Below are positions 18,681 to 29,224 of a stretch of DNA of 51,585 bases, piece by piece. The notes under the pieces are model-generated. The model ran no database searches. It was not told the DNA's origin and saw only the letters and a program-made list of their open reading frames with translations. The stretch's first letter is position 1, and every line of letters starts with the position of its first letter. The position numbers and the translations under genes are program-made. This DNA is from Nitrospirota bacterium (lineage in GTDB: Bacteria > JACPQY01): positions 1 through 51,585 of the forward strand of contig JACPAV010000040.1 of assembly GCA_016180645.1 (NCBI GenBank). Reading direction: 5' to 3'.

Positions 18681-19115
18681 CTAGATCAGGAGGACGACCG
18701 CGCGGAGGTGGCGAAGGGACGGAGCGGCTCTCGCCGTGGAGTAAGGGAGGAGGCTATCGGTCACACGCGGGATGAGAGACGAAACGACGAGGGATCGGAT
18801 GGACACGAGCGAGGATGGAGAAGGAGAAGGAAATCTGTCCGCGAGCATCAGCGGATCGTTGAGACCGGCGGTGATGAGCGGAATATCCACGCAGGGCTCG
18901 CTGTGAACTTTCACCGGTTTGTCCCCTTCGCTCCGCTTCGGGGACGACGATTTGATGGGCCATGGGGTCTTCGCGTCGTGGGCGTCGCACCCCCCCACCT
19001 CGATGGCCATCCGCCCTCCCTCGATGCACAAGACAATCGTTTCCGATCCTCCCAACCCAATCCCGATATAGGCCAGGAGCGCGAGCCAAACGGCCGACTT
19101 TTTCCTCCTGTGCAT
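18681..19115 (-). CDS. Small Cys/His protein preceding the efflux operon (CzcI-like position)
   Basis: Signal-like N-terminus, LCIE..GCDAH..PCVD, terminal VVLLI tail typical of genes upstream of czc/cus operons. Confidence 0.5.
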   Translation of the reverse strand: MHRRKKSAVWLALLAYIGIGLGGSETIVLCIEGGRMAIEVGGCDAHDAKTPWPIKSSSPKRSEGDKPVKVHSEPCVDIPLITAGLNDPLMLADRFPSPSPSSLVSIRSLVVSSLIPRVTDSLLPYSTARAAPSLRHLRAVVLLI

Positions 19116-19270
19116 ACCGGCATCCTTGCATCCATGACGGGGCTTGTCAACATCGGTATCCTTCACAAAGATGGGCATGGGGTTGATTGGGAGTGAGGAT
19201 CGTAATAAGATAGCCGTCGGCACATGAAGGAACCGATGGCGTCAAGGATGACGATAGGGGTAGGCGCGGG

Positions 19271-20203
19271 GTGGAACGCGTAGTTCTCGAGCCGTTTGAA
19301 GAGTCCGTCCAGCTCCGGAAGAAGCGGAAGAAAGTCGATGGTCTGCTTCAGCCGCTCAGACAGGAATTGGGCACGGTTCTGGACCTCGTTATGCGCCAGG
19401 GGGCCCCGTCGTGGAACAAGCTGTTCACTCTTCTGGCCGAGGCGGTTCCGCAGATTCGACTTCAACCGGATGTCTGGCTGGAGCGTGTCTTCCACTACGA
19501 TGTCGAATCGTACAGACAGAATTTCGTTTTCGATCACTCCCTCTATGTTTGCATCCTGGCCGTCGCAACCAGCCCGGACTGGAATGTCGAGGGGGAGGAC
19601 CTGCTCATCCTGGCCTCGGCGGCGCTCCTGCATGATGTGGGGATGCTCACGGTTTCGACGGAAACTCTCCAAGCCCAGCGCGCACTCACGCCCGAGGAAC
19701 GCCGTATCGTGGAGGAGCACCCCACTCGCGGATCGAGTCTGCTCGCGGGGGCCGGCCTGAAGAAATCGATCGTCCGCCTCGTGGCGCAGGAGCACGAACG
19801 CATGGACGGCTCGGGGTATCCAAGCCGGCTCAAAGACAAGGACGTGGACCGTCTTGTTCAGATCCTCGGCCTCTGCGACACGATCGAGAGCGTGACGCAT
19901 GTGCGACCGCACCGGGCGGGCAGGGCGTTTCTGGACGCGTTCCACGCGCTCATCCTTGAGAGTTCCTCGCTCTTCCCGCAGGCCATGTGGATGGCGGCGC
20001 TGCGCCGACTCACGCCGTATCCGGCCGGAACGCTCGTCCGGCTGTCGACGGGAAAACTGGCCCGAGTGGTGCGTCCCCTCACTCAGCACCCGATGCGGCC
20101 GATGGTGGAATCGCTTGGCGAACCCGGGGAACCCCCGGACGAATCCACCGTGATGGATCTGCGACGCCATCCGATGGTGCACATTGTCGAGGCGCCGGCA
20201 TGA
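19271..20203 (+). CDS. HD-GYP domain cyclic-dinucleotide phosphodiesterase
   Basis: LLHDVG, EHPTRG, HERMDGSGYP, RPHR and C-terminal YPAGTLVRLSTG motifs. Confidence 0.88.
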   Translation: MERVVLEPFEESVQLRKKRKKVDGLLQPLRQELGTVLDLVMRQGAPSWNKLFTLLAEAVPQIRLQPDVWLERVFHYDVESYRQNFVFDHSLYVCILAVATSPDWNVEGEDLLILASAALLHDVGMLTVSTETLQAQRALTPEERRIVEEHPTRGSSLLAGAGLKKSIVRLVAQEHERMDGSGYPSRLKDKDVDRLVQILGLCDTIESVTHVRPHRAGRAFLDAFHALILESSSLFPQAMWMAALRRLTPYPAGTLVRLSTGKLARVVRPLTQHPMRPMVESLGEPGEPPDESTVMDLRRHPMVHIVEAPA

Positions 20204-22335
20204 CGGGCGCCCACCCCCGATCGCGCCTCGAAAGGGTTTTCCAGCGAAGGAAAAAGACGCTGGCGATTTCCGTGATCGTGGCCATCGTCGTGGGATTTAC
20301 TTTTCTTCTCTTCCGGAGATCGGTCTATCGGACTCATTCGAGCATCGAACTGGCATCGGCGCAATCGCCCGGGGCGCCGATCTTCTCGGGAATGGATCTC
20401 ACCACGGAGCTCCAGGTGATCCGAAGCCTAGCGGTGATGACCCTGGTGGCCCAGGAGTTGGGACGCATCCCCAAGGGGGTGACCGACGAGGAAGCCGCCC
20501 GGAACCGTGTCTTCCAGGAGACGGCGGCGGAAATACAGGGAAAAGTCTCCGTGGCGCAAAGAGGCCATACGCACATCATCGATATTCTCGTGGAATCCAA
20601 CGACGCCCGCGAGGCGCGCGATGTCGCCAACTTCACCGCATTCGCCTACAAGCAATATCGGAGCCGACGCAGCACGGAGAGGGGAGAATGGGCGGAACAG
20701 GCTTCCAGCGTCTACAAGTCGAAGATCGAGTCCGCCCTTCAGGATGCCGAGGCGAAACTCAACGCCTTCAAATTGACGCACCGGATGGTTGAAGGCCACT
20801 CGGCCCTCCAGGTTCACTTGAACCGAATCCTGGATTTGGACGAACAAACATTGCGCATCGACCAGCAATCCCGCCGGGCTCGGGATTTGATCCAAGCCCT
20901 CGGACAACCGCAGACGGCCCGGGCCGATACCATGCCTTCGCTGGAAATCATGGACGCGCCGACGGGCTACGATCTGATCCGGAATGAATATCTGGACCTC
21001 CTGTTCAAAAGGCAGGAGAAACTGACTTTGCTGACCGAATCACACCCCGAGGTGGTCGAATTGGATCGGCAGATCGACGAGACCAAGAACCAGCTGATCC
21101 GCTCGCTCGACTTGATGCTCCAGGATCTGGATGTCAAAACCCAATACCTGGCCGGTCAAAAAAACACGTTGGAGAAGGCGAATCTGACGTACCTCTCCGA
21201 TGAGGTGGAGTTTGCCAAACTGTCACGCGAGGTGGAGCGACTTCAGACCATGCTCGACCGCGCGGAGCAGAACTGGCAGACCGCGCAGATCGAGGATTCG
21301 ATTCGATCGGACTACGTGCGCGTTCTCGAACTGGCGCTCCTGCCCCATTCGTCGCTCCGCCGGTTTTCGCCTCTACCCCTCGCCGCGATCATCCTGCTTG
21401 GCATTCTTATCGGCGTAGGAATTGCCTTTGTTCAGGAGTCCTACCAGTTCACCCTCCATACGGTGAGCGATGTCGAATCGCAACTCCGGATGCCCGTTCT
21501 GGCCGTGGTGCCGCACGCAGAGTCCAAGAGGCCACCGGGGGCACAACGCAGCGTTGCGGATGGAATGCGCGCGCCGGCGGCCCCGGTCTTCGCCTCGATG
21601 ATCACCCACTATCAACCGCAATCTTACGAGGCTGAAAGTTTCCGCATTCTTCGGGCGGCCATCTGGAAGAAACATCCCTCATGCAAAGTGGTGTTCATGA
21701 CCAGCAGCGTGCCGGGAGAGGGGAAAACCTTTGTGGCCTCGAACCTGGCGATCGCTTGCGCACAGGCCCATCAGGCAACGCTGCTCCTCGAGGCCAATGT
21801 CCGGCGACCCGCCCTGCATACCGTTTTCCCCTTCGAACCCGACACCGGATTGACCCACGTGCTTACCGAGGGACGGAGTGTAATGGAATGTGGAAAAGAT
21901 CTATACCATTTTCTACTGGCCGGCATCGCGCCGTCCAGCCTCCAGGCCAGTCCCGGATTGGACAACCTGCGAATCCTCCCGGCCGGCCCGGAACTCCTCA
22001 GCCCGACCGAGGCGGTGGATGAATTCATCCGTCGCGGCCTCCTCAATCAACTCAAGCGCGACTACGACGTGATCGTGATCGACGGCGCCCCCTTGGTGGC
22101 GGTGGCCGACTCTTCCCTGATGGCGCCCGTGGCGGACAGCGTCCTGCTGGTCTATCGGGTGGGCCGTACGACCCGCGCGATGGCCCGAAGGGCGCTGGAC
22201 CACCTGAAAACGCTCAACGCGGATGTCATGGGTGTGGTTCTGAATGATGTCGAGATGGCGGCTGCGCCAAGCGCCTACCTGGCGTCGGACGTGGGATCTT
22301 CCCCGAAGAGCCCCGGATCGCGGGCCCCGGTCTGA
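20200..22335 (+). CDS. Wzc/GumC-like polysaccharide co-polymerase with tyrosine-kinase-type domain
   Basis: Two TM helices flanking a coiled coil; AESFRILR, Walker A SSVPGEGKT, YDVIVIDGAP; ATGA overlap with the HD-GYP stop. Confidence 0.85.
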   Translation: MTGAHPRSRLERVFQRRKKTLAISVIVAIVVGFTFLLFRRSVYRTHSSIELASAQSPGAPIFSGMDLTTELQVIRSLAVMTLVAQELGRIPKGVTDEEAARNRVFQETAAEIQGKVSVAQRGHTHIIDILVESNDAREARDVANFTAFAYKQYRSRRSTERGEWAEQASSVYKSKIESALQDAEAKLNAFKLTHRMVEGHSALQVHLNRILDLDEQTLRIDQQSRRARDLIQALGQPQTARADTMPSLEIMDAPTGYDLIRNEYLDLLFKRQEKLTLLTESHPEVVELDRQIDETKNQLIRSLDLMLQDLDVKTQYLAGQKNTLEKANLTYLSDEVEFAKLSREVERLQTMLDRAEQNWQTAQIEDSIRSDYVRVLELALLPHSSLRRFSPLPLAAIILLGILIGVGIAFVQESYQFTLHTVSDVESQLRMPVLAVVPHAESKRPPGAQRSVADGMRAPAAPVFASMITHYQPQSYEAESFRILRAAIWKKHPSCKVVFMTSSVPGEGKTFVASNLAIACAQAHQATLLLEANVRRPALHTVFPFEPDTGLTHVLTEGRSVMECGKDLYHFLLAGIAPSSLQASPGLDNLRILPAGPELLSPTEAVDEFIRRGLLNQLKRDYDVIVIDGAPLVAVADSSLMAPVADSVLLVYRVGRTTRAMARRALDHLKTLNADVMGVVLNDVEMAAAPSAYLASDVGSSPKSPGSRAPV

Positions 22336-22544
22336 TGGTAAGGCCTTAGGGGTAAAACGATCTGGTTGTTTCCGCGCCAAGCATGTGGGCACTGGCTCAC
22401 ATACGCCGTCATCATGAGGCAAAATTGACTTGACAGATATTAAAGGAGTGTGATAAACGCCAAATTGCCTAATGCGAAAAATCGGTGGAGCGAACCGACC
22501 CAAGGAGGGGCAGTGATACGGGAGGTTGGTTGAAAGAGGAAAAA

Positions 22545-25500
22545 GTGCTGATTACAAAACGGGGAGTCGAATCACTAACAGTCACTCTCCTACTCTCTCT
22601 CTCTCTCTCTCGGCTGCCGCGAAGAGAAGCCTGAATCTCAGATACATCCACAATCAGTAGGTGCGACAGCCAAGGACGGCGGGGCCGCCCAGACGGCCAC
22701 GAGAGGCAAGCCCGAAGACTCTCAGGGCGATCCAACGGGCACTTCGGGTGGGCAGGCGGCGAGCGGCGCGGGCGACAAGAAAGGTCAGGGAAAGCCGGGA
22801 TCCGATCTCTCCGACCGGGCGGAGACGGGAGACCTCCGTCCGGAAGAATTTGTCCTGATCGTCATGGAGAATCTTCTTACCTACGCTCCGTTCCGAGCCA
22901 ACGGGCCACTACCGGACGCTTACGTCGGCCGAACGTTCAAGAATCGGAGTTCATTCAAGTCCGATGGCAAGCTCGTGGTGGACGTTGTCGATAACGCCGA
23001 TGGGGGACTGATCGAAGCGAAAGAAACGATCTCCGGGGTGCCTCAGCAGTTGCAGCTTCGCCAAACGCCTCCGACTTTGGAGGAGTTCACAGCCGGGCAC
23101 AAGGTGATCAAGTTCATGTCGGACGGCCGAGTGGACATTCTGGATTCCACGGGCGGGCTGATCTCAACCTCTACCGGGAAGTTCTTCACGGACCCATCCG
23201 GAGCGACATGGATGTACAAGACCATCGGCGGAGCCGACAAGGGCAAGGACGCATGGGCGATCAAGGGAGAGGTTCCATCGAAACTTGAAGGCTATTCGCT
23301 CGTGTTCGAGACGAACTTTCGGAACCCGAACAAGGCGCTCGACGTGTTCGACGGCGGGGTTTACGTCAAGCGCGATTTCTCGAACAACGGCGTCCTCACC
23401 ATCCGCGACAAGCCTGACAAGTTTTCCCTGGTCGTCCTCGGCAACGCCTTCCAACGCAACCGCGCCCACATCACGGGAAAGGTCCACGTGAGCGGCAATC
23501 TCAAACTTGTAGGCGAAGACGATGTTTCCGATGCGGGAGACGGTGAGGAACCGGAAGGCGATGGAGATTCAGGCGGCGCCGGCAAGCCGGATTGTCCCGG
23601 CAACTCGTGCAACTCCAACGCCGGCGGTGGTGGCCAACCCTCCGACCCCGGCTCTCAGGGCAACGGCAAGCCGGAGGACCCCGGCAGCCAGGGGAAGGGT
23701 CAAGGGCAAGACACGCCAAAGAAACAGGCGGCTTCTCCTCCAGAGGCAGAGCCATTCGTGAAACTTGATGGTTTCCTTTTTGTCGGCGGTCAGTTGGAGT
23801 CCCATGTCTCGTTGCGGATCAACAATCTGAGAATGTCCCAGATGGGATCTGATCTTATTTTCAGTAGCTTGTACGGAGCTACGGTTGGTTCTGATGTAGA
23901 GTGGGTTGCAACGACGCCGCTACAAGACCTTGTCGGCGAACCGGGAGTTGCGATTTCTGTTTATCGCGCCGGCTCGACCGCATCTCTCACACCGCCTCGA
24001 AGCCTGCTCCATCCTCGTGCCCTTTCGGACATCTCACGCATCCGCGATTTGTACCGCAAGGCTGAATTCGGCGAGATCAACCCGGTTCTTGAAGAACTGG
24101 AGGCGGAAGGAATCGTAAGTCTCGTTGTCGGGAACAGCGAGAACTTTCCGACTTTGATTGAGGCAACGGGTGTTCCCGGCTTCTTGGTCGGCCTCCACGA
24201 CACGATCAAGGAATTTCATGCAGAAGGAAGACAAGATGTCCGGTTTGTTGGCGCCCGATTTGTCCCGCCCCTTTTCTATTTCGGCGAATTCATTCTGGAC
24301 GGTCAGCCGGCATCCAATGTCATTGTGCACCCCACGTCGCCAACAATCGTCGTGGCTTCCGACGCGATGCTTGGCGCCATCCTCGCAACCTATTCGGAGT
24401 ACCTCGGCGACCCGGAAGGAACCGCCTTGAGAGCTTCGGAATGGGAGCAGCTCAGGAGTCAATTGGTCCGACAGGCGTCGTCGTCAACCTTGGCTCCGAG
24501 GCGGGATGACCTTTGGACGGTCGGCCAGTTGCCCGGAGGGTGCGGCTATCTCAATGACCACAAGCCGATCCACTATCGACAACTCGACGCCTTCACATTC
24601 GGCCCGACGGGATTGACGCCTCATCTGTTTGGCGCGTCGACTCCACCATCGCTGCCGGCCCCTCTCTGCGAGGGGCCGGTGGTGTCCTCCGCGCAGCCCG
24701 GCGGCTCCACGGTCTCAGCGCCGCGCCCGGGTCCTCGGTGGGTGTTCAGCAACACGTTCAATTGGACTCCCGGTGTGGCTCAGGTCCACGGGGCGGTTAC
24801 GGTGATGACCGAGTTGTTGGAATATTTCGCGGAGGAAACATTCCGACCGAAACCCCCGGCCCAATTCGAACCGACCTGCATCCCATTCGACACGGGTCGG
24901 CCGTGCACCTCCAATCCTGGTGATGCCCCTGCCGATATCGCCAACCGGCTGTCGTTGCGCACTGCGATTGAAGATCTCGCCGACAAGCGCACGATGGCCA
25001 ACGGGCTCTTTTGTTTTGATCTCTTTTGGTGCCGCGGAGCATTCGGGGCTTGCAGCAGCAGTTGCCGCGCTTCCAACATCAGTTGGCTGTGCCTGGATTG
25101 CGTCCGGAGGAACTGTCCCCAAGCCCTTGCCCAGTGTCAACCCTCCGTGCTCGGGTGGGCGCCAGACTTGTCAGCGATTCTGCAGCAGGAAATCAGCGCT
25201 CTGGGGTATCGCGCCACGATAGTTCCCACCTCTGAATCCAATTTTGATGCGATGAAGAACAGGATTGATGCCGGTGAAGGCCCTTCGATTCTTGTCGCCA
25301 GTGCGGTGGCAGACGCTCCAAAGGATGTGGCGCATGGCCAATCCTTTCTTCAGGTTGGCGTAATGGAAAGGTTCATCGGCTCGGGTGAGGATTGTCGGAT
25401 AAAGGACATTTTTTCGCCGGATCAAGAGTTCGTGTATCTGGTGCAACCCGATGGTTACTCCGTGTCCTTGCAGAGGGTGGGCAAGGATTTTGGGGACTAC

Positions 25501-26739
25501 TGGTGGTGGAACGCCATCATCGTGGAAACACCGGTGGAAGACGTACGTTCACTTCCGGATGCGGATGGAGATGGATACGGCGATGTGACGAGGCTCTTCG
25601 ATCCCATCGTTGACTGCAAAGTGAGGCGAGTCGAGGTCAAGCCGCCCGAGGGCTGCAGGAAATTCCGGGGCAACGCGCCCTATTCCCCAGCCCAGTCCCA
25701 GCTCGATTGCGACGATTCCAACTGCGACATCAACCCCGGGGCGTCGGAGCGCTGCAATGATATCGATGACGACTGTGACAGCGCGATCGATGAAACCTTC
25801 CCGGACAAGGGGAAGGGTTGCTCGGCCGGCATCGGTGAGTGCAAGAAAGACGGGGTCAACGTGTGCAACAGCGAGCATACGGGAGTCGTCTGCAACGCCA
25901 AGCCGGGGGATCCCACTCCGGAAGAATGCGACAACAAGGACAATGATTGCGACGGTCTTGTGGACGACGATCCGAACAACACTCAGCCGTGGGGCCGACT
26001 CCTGAGTTGTTTTGACGGCCAGGGGACACCCGGAGTCGGCATCTGCAAGTACGGATGGAAAACTCAGCAGTGCTCGGCAGGCACGTGGGTGGATATCAGC
26101 ACCGGTTGCCCCGGGCAGGTGACAGCCCAGACAGAGGTCTGCAACCACCAGGACGATGACTGCGACAGACAGACGGACGAAGGCAACGAGGATAACGACC
26201 CTGTAGCCCTGTGTGCATTACCCCCTGACTGCGATGACAAGAACCCCGCGCGGTACCCCGGGAATACCGAGATCTGCGACGGTTTGGACAACAACTGCGA
26301 TGGTCAGGTGGACGAAGGGATCAGCGGCACTCAGTGCAGCACAGGATACCCCGGCATCTGCTCCACGGGAGTGGTTTCGTGCGGCTGGCTCTTCGGATAC
26401 ATTTGCTGGGCTGATGTTTGGCCTGGTTCGCGCTCCGAGGGATCTACTTGTGCAGACCGCAACGGCCAAGACGACAATTGCGACGGACTTGTGGATGAGG
26501 GGACGTCTCACCCGGAGGTCTGTGATGATGTCGACAATGATTGCGACGGGTGCGTCGACTACGAGATCATCCGGGTTTCCGGTCGAAGAGTGTGCTTTAA
26601 CACCTGTCCATCTCCGATCATCGACCCGAATTGCGTTGAAAGTGGCTGTTTTACGGAGCCTGACCATGATGAATACCGTGATACGTGTTGCACCACGGCC
26701 CTGTGCCAATTGGCTATTCATCGGCAGTGTCCCAACTGA
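22545..26739 (+). CDS. Giant Cys-rich lipoprotein with putative metal-binding-motif repeats, frameshifted at a (CT)9 tract in its signal peptide (track ORF 22864-26739 is the downstream part)
   Basis: Main frame is open back to 22579 and contains LSLGC-REEK; GTG 22545 with GAGG RBS supplies the signal N-terminus in another frame; six CxxxDxxCD..DE-type repeats in the C-terminal third. Confidence 0.75.
22593..22611 (+). repeat. (CT)9C dinucleotide microsatellite
   Basis: Read directly from sequence. Confidence 0.95.
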
Positions 26740-26760
26740 ACCAGTCGCGGAGGCGTTAAT

Positions 26761-27492
26761 ATGAACAGAATAGAAATGCGAACGGCGATCCGGGCCGTTG
26801 TCATTTGTGCTGGGCTAGGAATGGCTTCATGTGAAAACAATGAAAGTAGCGGGCCTGTTGCTCCCGTGATCTGTCCGACGGAGGAGGAGATGGCTTGCTT
26901 TCGCAAGATGTCGGAGGCCACCGACGCGCTGCCACGCTGTTGGAAGCACGAGGGCACCTGTCCTGAGTCCGTCTCGGGCTGCGGAATCCTCCAAGCGGAT
27001 CGAAACACCTGTGTGTGGCCCGATGGCGCCAAGCTGACCGGGTACAGCCAGCCGGAGCTCGAACTGATACTTTCCGACGGCACCGCATGCTACAAATCGC
27101 GCTTCGTAAGCACATCCGAACATCGGATTACACTGGGGTCTCAATCGTTCCGCTACCTATTTGAAGGCGACATTCGGGCGGGTGGAGCGTTTACCATCGA
27201 GTGCGACGATGGATCCAAGAGTGGGCCTTTCACCACCTCTCAATTGACCCAATGTGCAGCCGCGGCGGCTGGGACAGCGGGGTCCAAAACAACGACCCAA
27301 GCGCCTAGCAGCCGTGAAATCTGGTGCTGTTCAACAACTACTCCGCCGTCATGCCCGCAACCGATCAAGATTGCTCCGCCCGTCGCCTCTAGTCCGACGG
27401 AAACTAGCTCTCCGAACGCTGGCGGAACAAGCGCGTCGGAGGTTCCTGGGTCAGTCGGGTTGTTCGAGCGGATGATGGGGCTGCTGCGGTAG
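26761..27492 (+). CDS. Cys-rich hypothetical lipoprotein
   Basis: MASC lipobox, many Cys, Ser/Thr/Pro-rich tail, GGAGG RBS. Confidence 0.7.
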   Translation: MNRIEMRTAIRAVVICAGLGMASCENNESSGPVAPVICPTEEEMACFRKMSEATDALPRCWKHEGTCPESVSGCGILQADRNTCVWPDGAKLTGYSQPELELILSDGTACYKSRFVSTSEHRITLGSQSFRYLFEGDIRAGGAFTIECDDGSKSGPFTTSQLTQCAAAAAGTAGSKTTTQAPSSREIWCCSTTTPPSCPQPIKIAPPVASSPTETSSPNAGGTSASEVPGSVGLFERMMGLLR

Positions 27493-27516
27493 AATCCTGC
27501 GGGTGGGGCCGGTGGC

Positions 27517-28995
27517 ATGGTTGGCTTCTTCGGTGTTCGAAATCTGCTCTTTGCGACTGCGGTCATAGGCGCCTCAACCGGTTGCCAGGTACAGAAGGAT
27601 ACCACGCCTCCCAAGTTCACAGGCCTCGCTACCGCCACTGCAATTTCCACCTCGGAGATCGAACTTTCCTGGGAACCGGCAACGGACGATACGACCCCAC
27701 CGGAACGAATCGTCTACGACCTCTGCCAATCCACGGCCCCCGGAAAGTGTTCCGAGTTCTCGGACCTTCAGACGACCCCTCCTGGGGCATTCGATTTCAC
27801 GGTCTCGGGTCTCAATCAGGGGACGAGATATTACCTCGTCGTTCGGGCGCGCGATGAGGCGGGGAACCTCGACGACAACACCGTCGAGAGAAGCGCGCGC
27901 ACGATCCCGACTGCGGTTGTGAGAAGCATTTCGGCCGGCAGCGGCACAACGTGCGCCTTGTTGTCCGATGGAACTGTGAGATGCTGGGGTGAAAACCGCA
28001 TCGGACAACTGGGAAATGGCACTCGTCCGGATGGATCTTTGACGCCTATAGAGGTATCCAGCTTGACCGGCGCCTCTGCTGTGTCTTTGGGCGGTTTCCA
28101 CACCTGCGCTCTCTTGCACAAGGGGGAGATTCGATGTTGGGGGGACAATGACTTCGGGCAGTTGGGGCTTGGTGCTTTCCCTCTAGCTGATACTCCCATG
28201 ATGGTGAAAGGGGTCAACAATGTGGTACAAATCGCTGCGGGAGGAGATCACACCTGCGCTCTCACGGCGGACGGTGCGGTCAGTTGCTGGGGGAGTAATG
28301 TAGCGGGCGAACTTGGGGCCGGATCAGGGAAAGTGGGTCCGCAGATCTGCATGTACTCTGACGCTTGCAGCCTCACTCCTGTTGAGGCCAAGATCGGCAG
28401 CGGTACGGTGACCTCGGTCAGCGCGGGTGGGACGCACACGTGTGCGGTGTTTGCCGATCGAACGGTTCGCTGCTGGGGATGGAACTTATACGGCCAGCTC
28501 GGGGATGGGACCACGGCTGAGCGCTCAGGTGCCGTGCAAGTCAGTGGAGTGGATGACGCAGTAGCCGTCGACGCCGGAGACCTCCACACGTGCGCCCTCA
28601 CCGCCAGTGGGACGGTGAAATGCTGGGGGGATATTCCATCAGGCCGGCTACCACCCGGTACTGCGCCTGGAAAGGTGAGAACCGTGCTGGACGGTGTCCA
28701 GTCGATTTCGGGGGGGTTTACTCACGTCTGCGCCGTGTTGACGAACAGGTCTATGAAATGCTGGGGAGCCAATGAGTCGGGGGAAGTTGGAGACGGATCC
28801 CAGGTTTTTCAAGCGGCGCCTGTCCCTGTGGTCTTGGAGTATCCTGTGTCCACCGTTGCCGTGGGTCTGGCCCACACCTGTGCGCTGACCCAATCAGGGC
28901 AAGTGATGTGTTGGGGCAACAATCAAGTGGGGCAACTCGGGGACGGCACAACCATCAATCGCATGACACCCGTGCCAGTCGTCGACTTGCCCTGA
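27517..28995 (+). CDS. Lipoprotein with fibronectin type III domain and RCC1-like beta-propeller
   Basis: STGC lipobox; IELSWEPATDD...YYLVVRARDEAGN; seven HTCAL...CWG.N..GQLG-type repeats. Confidence 0.9.
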   Translation: MVGFFGVRNLLFATAVIGASTGCQVQKDTTPPKFTGLATATAISTSEIELSWEPATDDTTPPERIVYDLCQSTAPGKCSEFSDLQTTPPGAFDFTVSGLNQGTRYYLVVRARDEAGNLDDNTVERSARTIPTAVVRSISAGSGTTCALLSDGTVRCWGENRIGQLGNGTRPDGSLTPIEVSSLTGASAVSLGGFHTCALLHKGEIRCWGDNDFGQLGLGAFPLADTPMMVKGVNNVVQIAAGGDHTCALTADGAVSCWGSNVAGELGAGSGKVGPQICMYSDACSLTPVEAKIGSGTVTSVSAGGTHTCAVFADRTVRCWGWNLYGQLGDGTTAERSGAVQVSGVDDAVAVDAGDLHTCALTASGTVKCWGDIPSGRLPPGTAPGKVRTVLDGVQSISGGFTHVCAVLTNRSMKCWGANESGEVGDGSQVFQAAPVPVVLEYPVSTVAVGLAHTCALTQSGQVMCWGNNQVGQLGDGTTINRMTPVPVVDLP

Positions 28996-29168
28996 ACCCG
29001 TGCATGCTTGGGGTCAGTCGTCATGGCCGAATGGCCACCCGCGAACGATGAAAATGGGGCGCGCCCTCTTGAGGTGGGTCGCGCCATGCCCACTAGATAT
29101 TGCGCTCCGGCCCCGGAATCGGATTGCGGACGGCGAGACGGGTTCGGCGCTAGCGGGGGGGGATGTTC

Positions 29169-29205
29169 TCCCTCTTCTCTCGTGGGAGAGGGGTGGGGTG
29201 AGCGG
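29169..29205. repeat. REP-like palindromic element between convergent genes
   Basis: CCCTCTTCTCTCGTGGGAGAGGGGTGGGGTGAG. Confidence 0.5.
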
Positions 29206-29224
29206 TTGAACGGTTGCCCCTGCA

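Noticed and set aside
22340-22540. Possible c-di-GMP riboswitch upstream of the giant lipoprotein
   Set aside because: Class I/II consensus elements are not evident; only a plausible TTGACA box at 22430-22435
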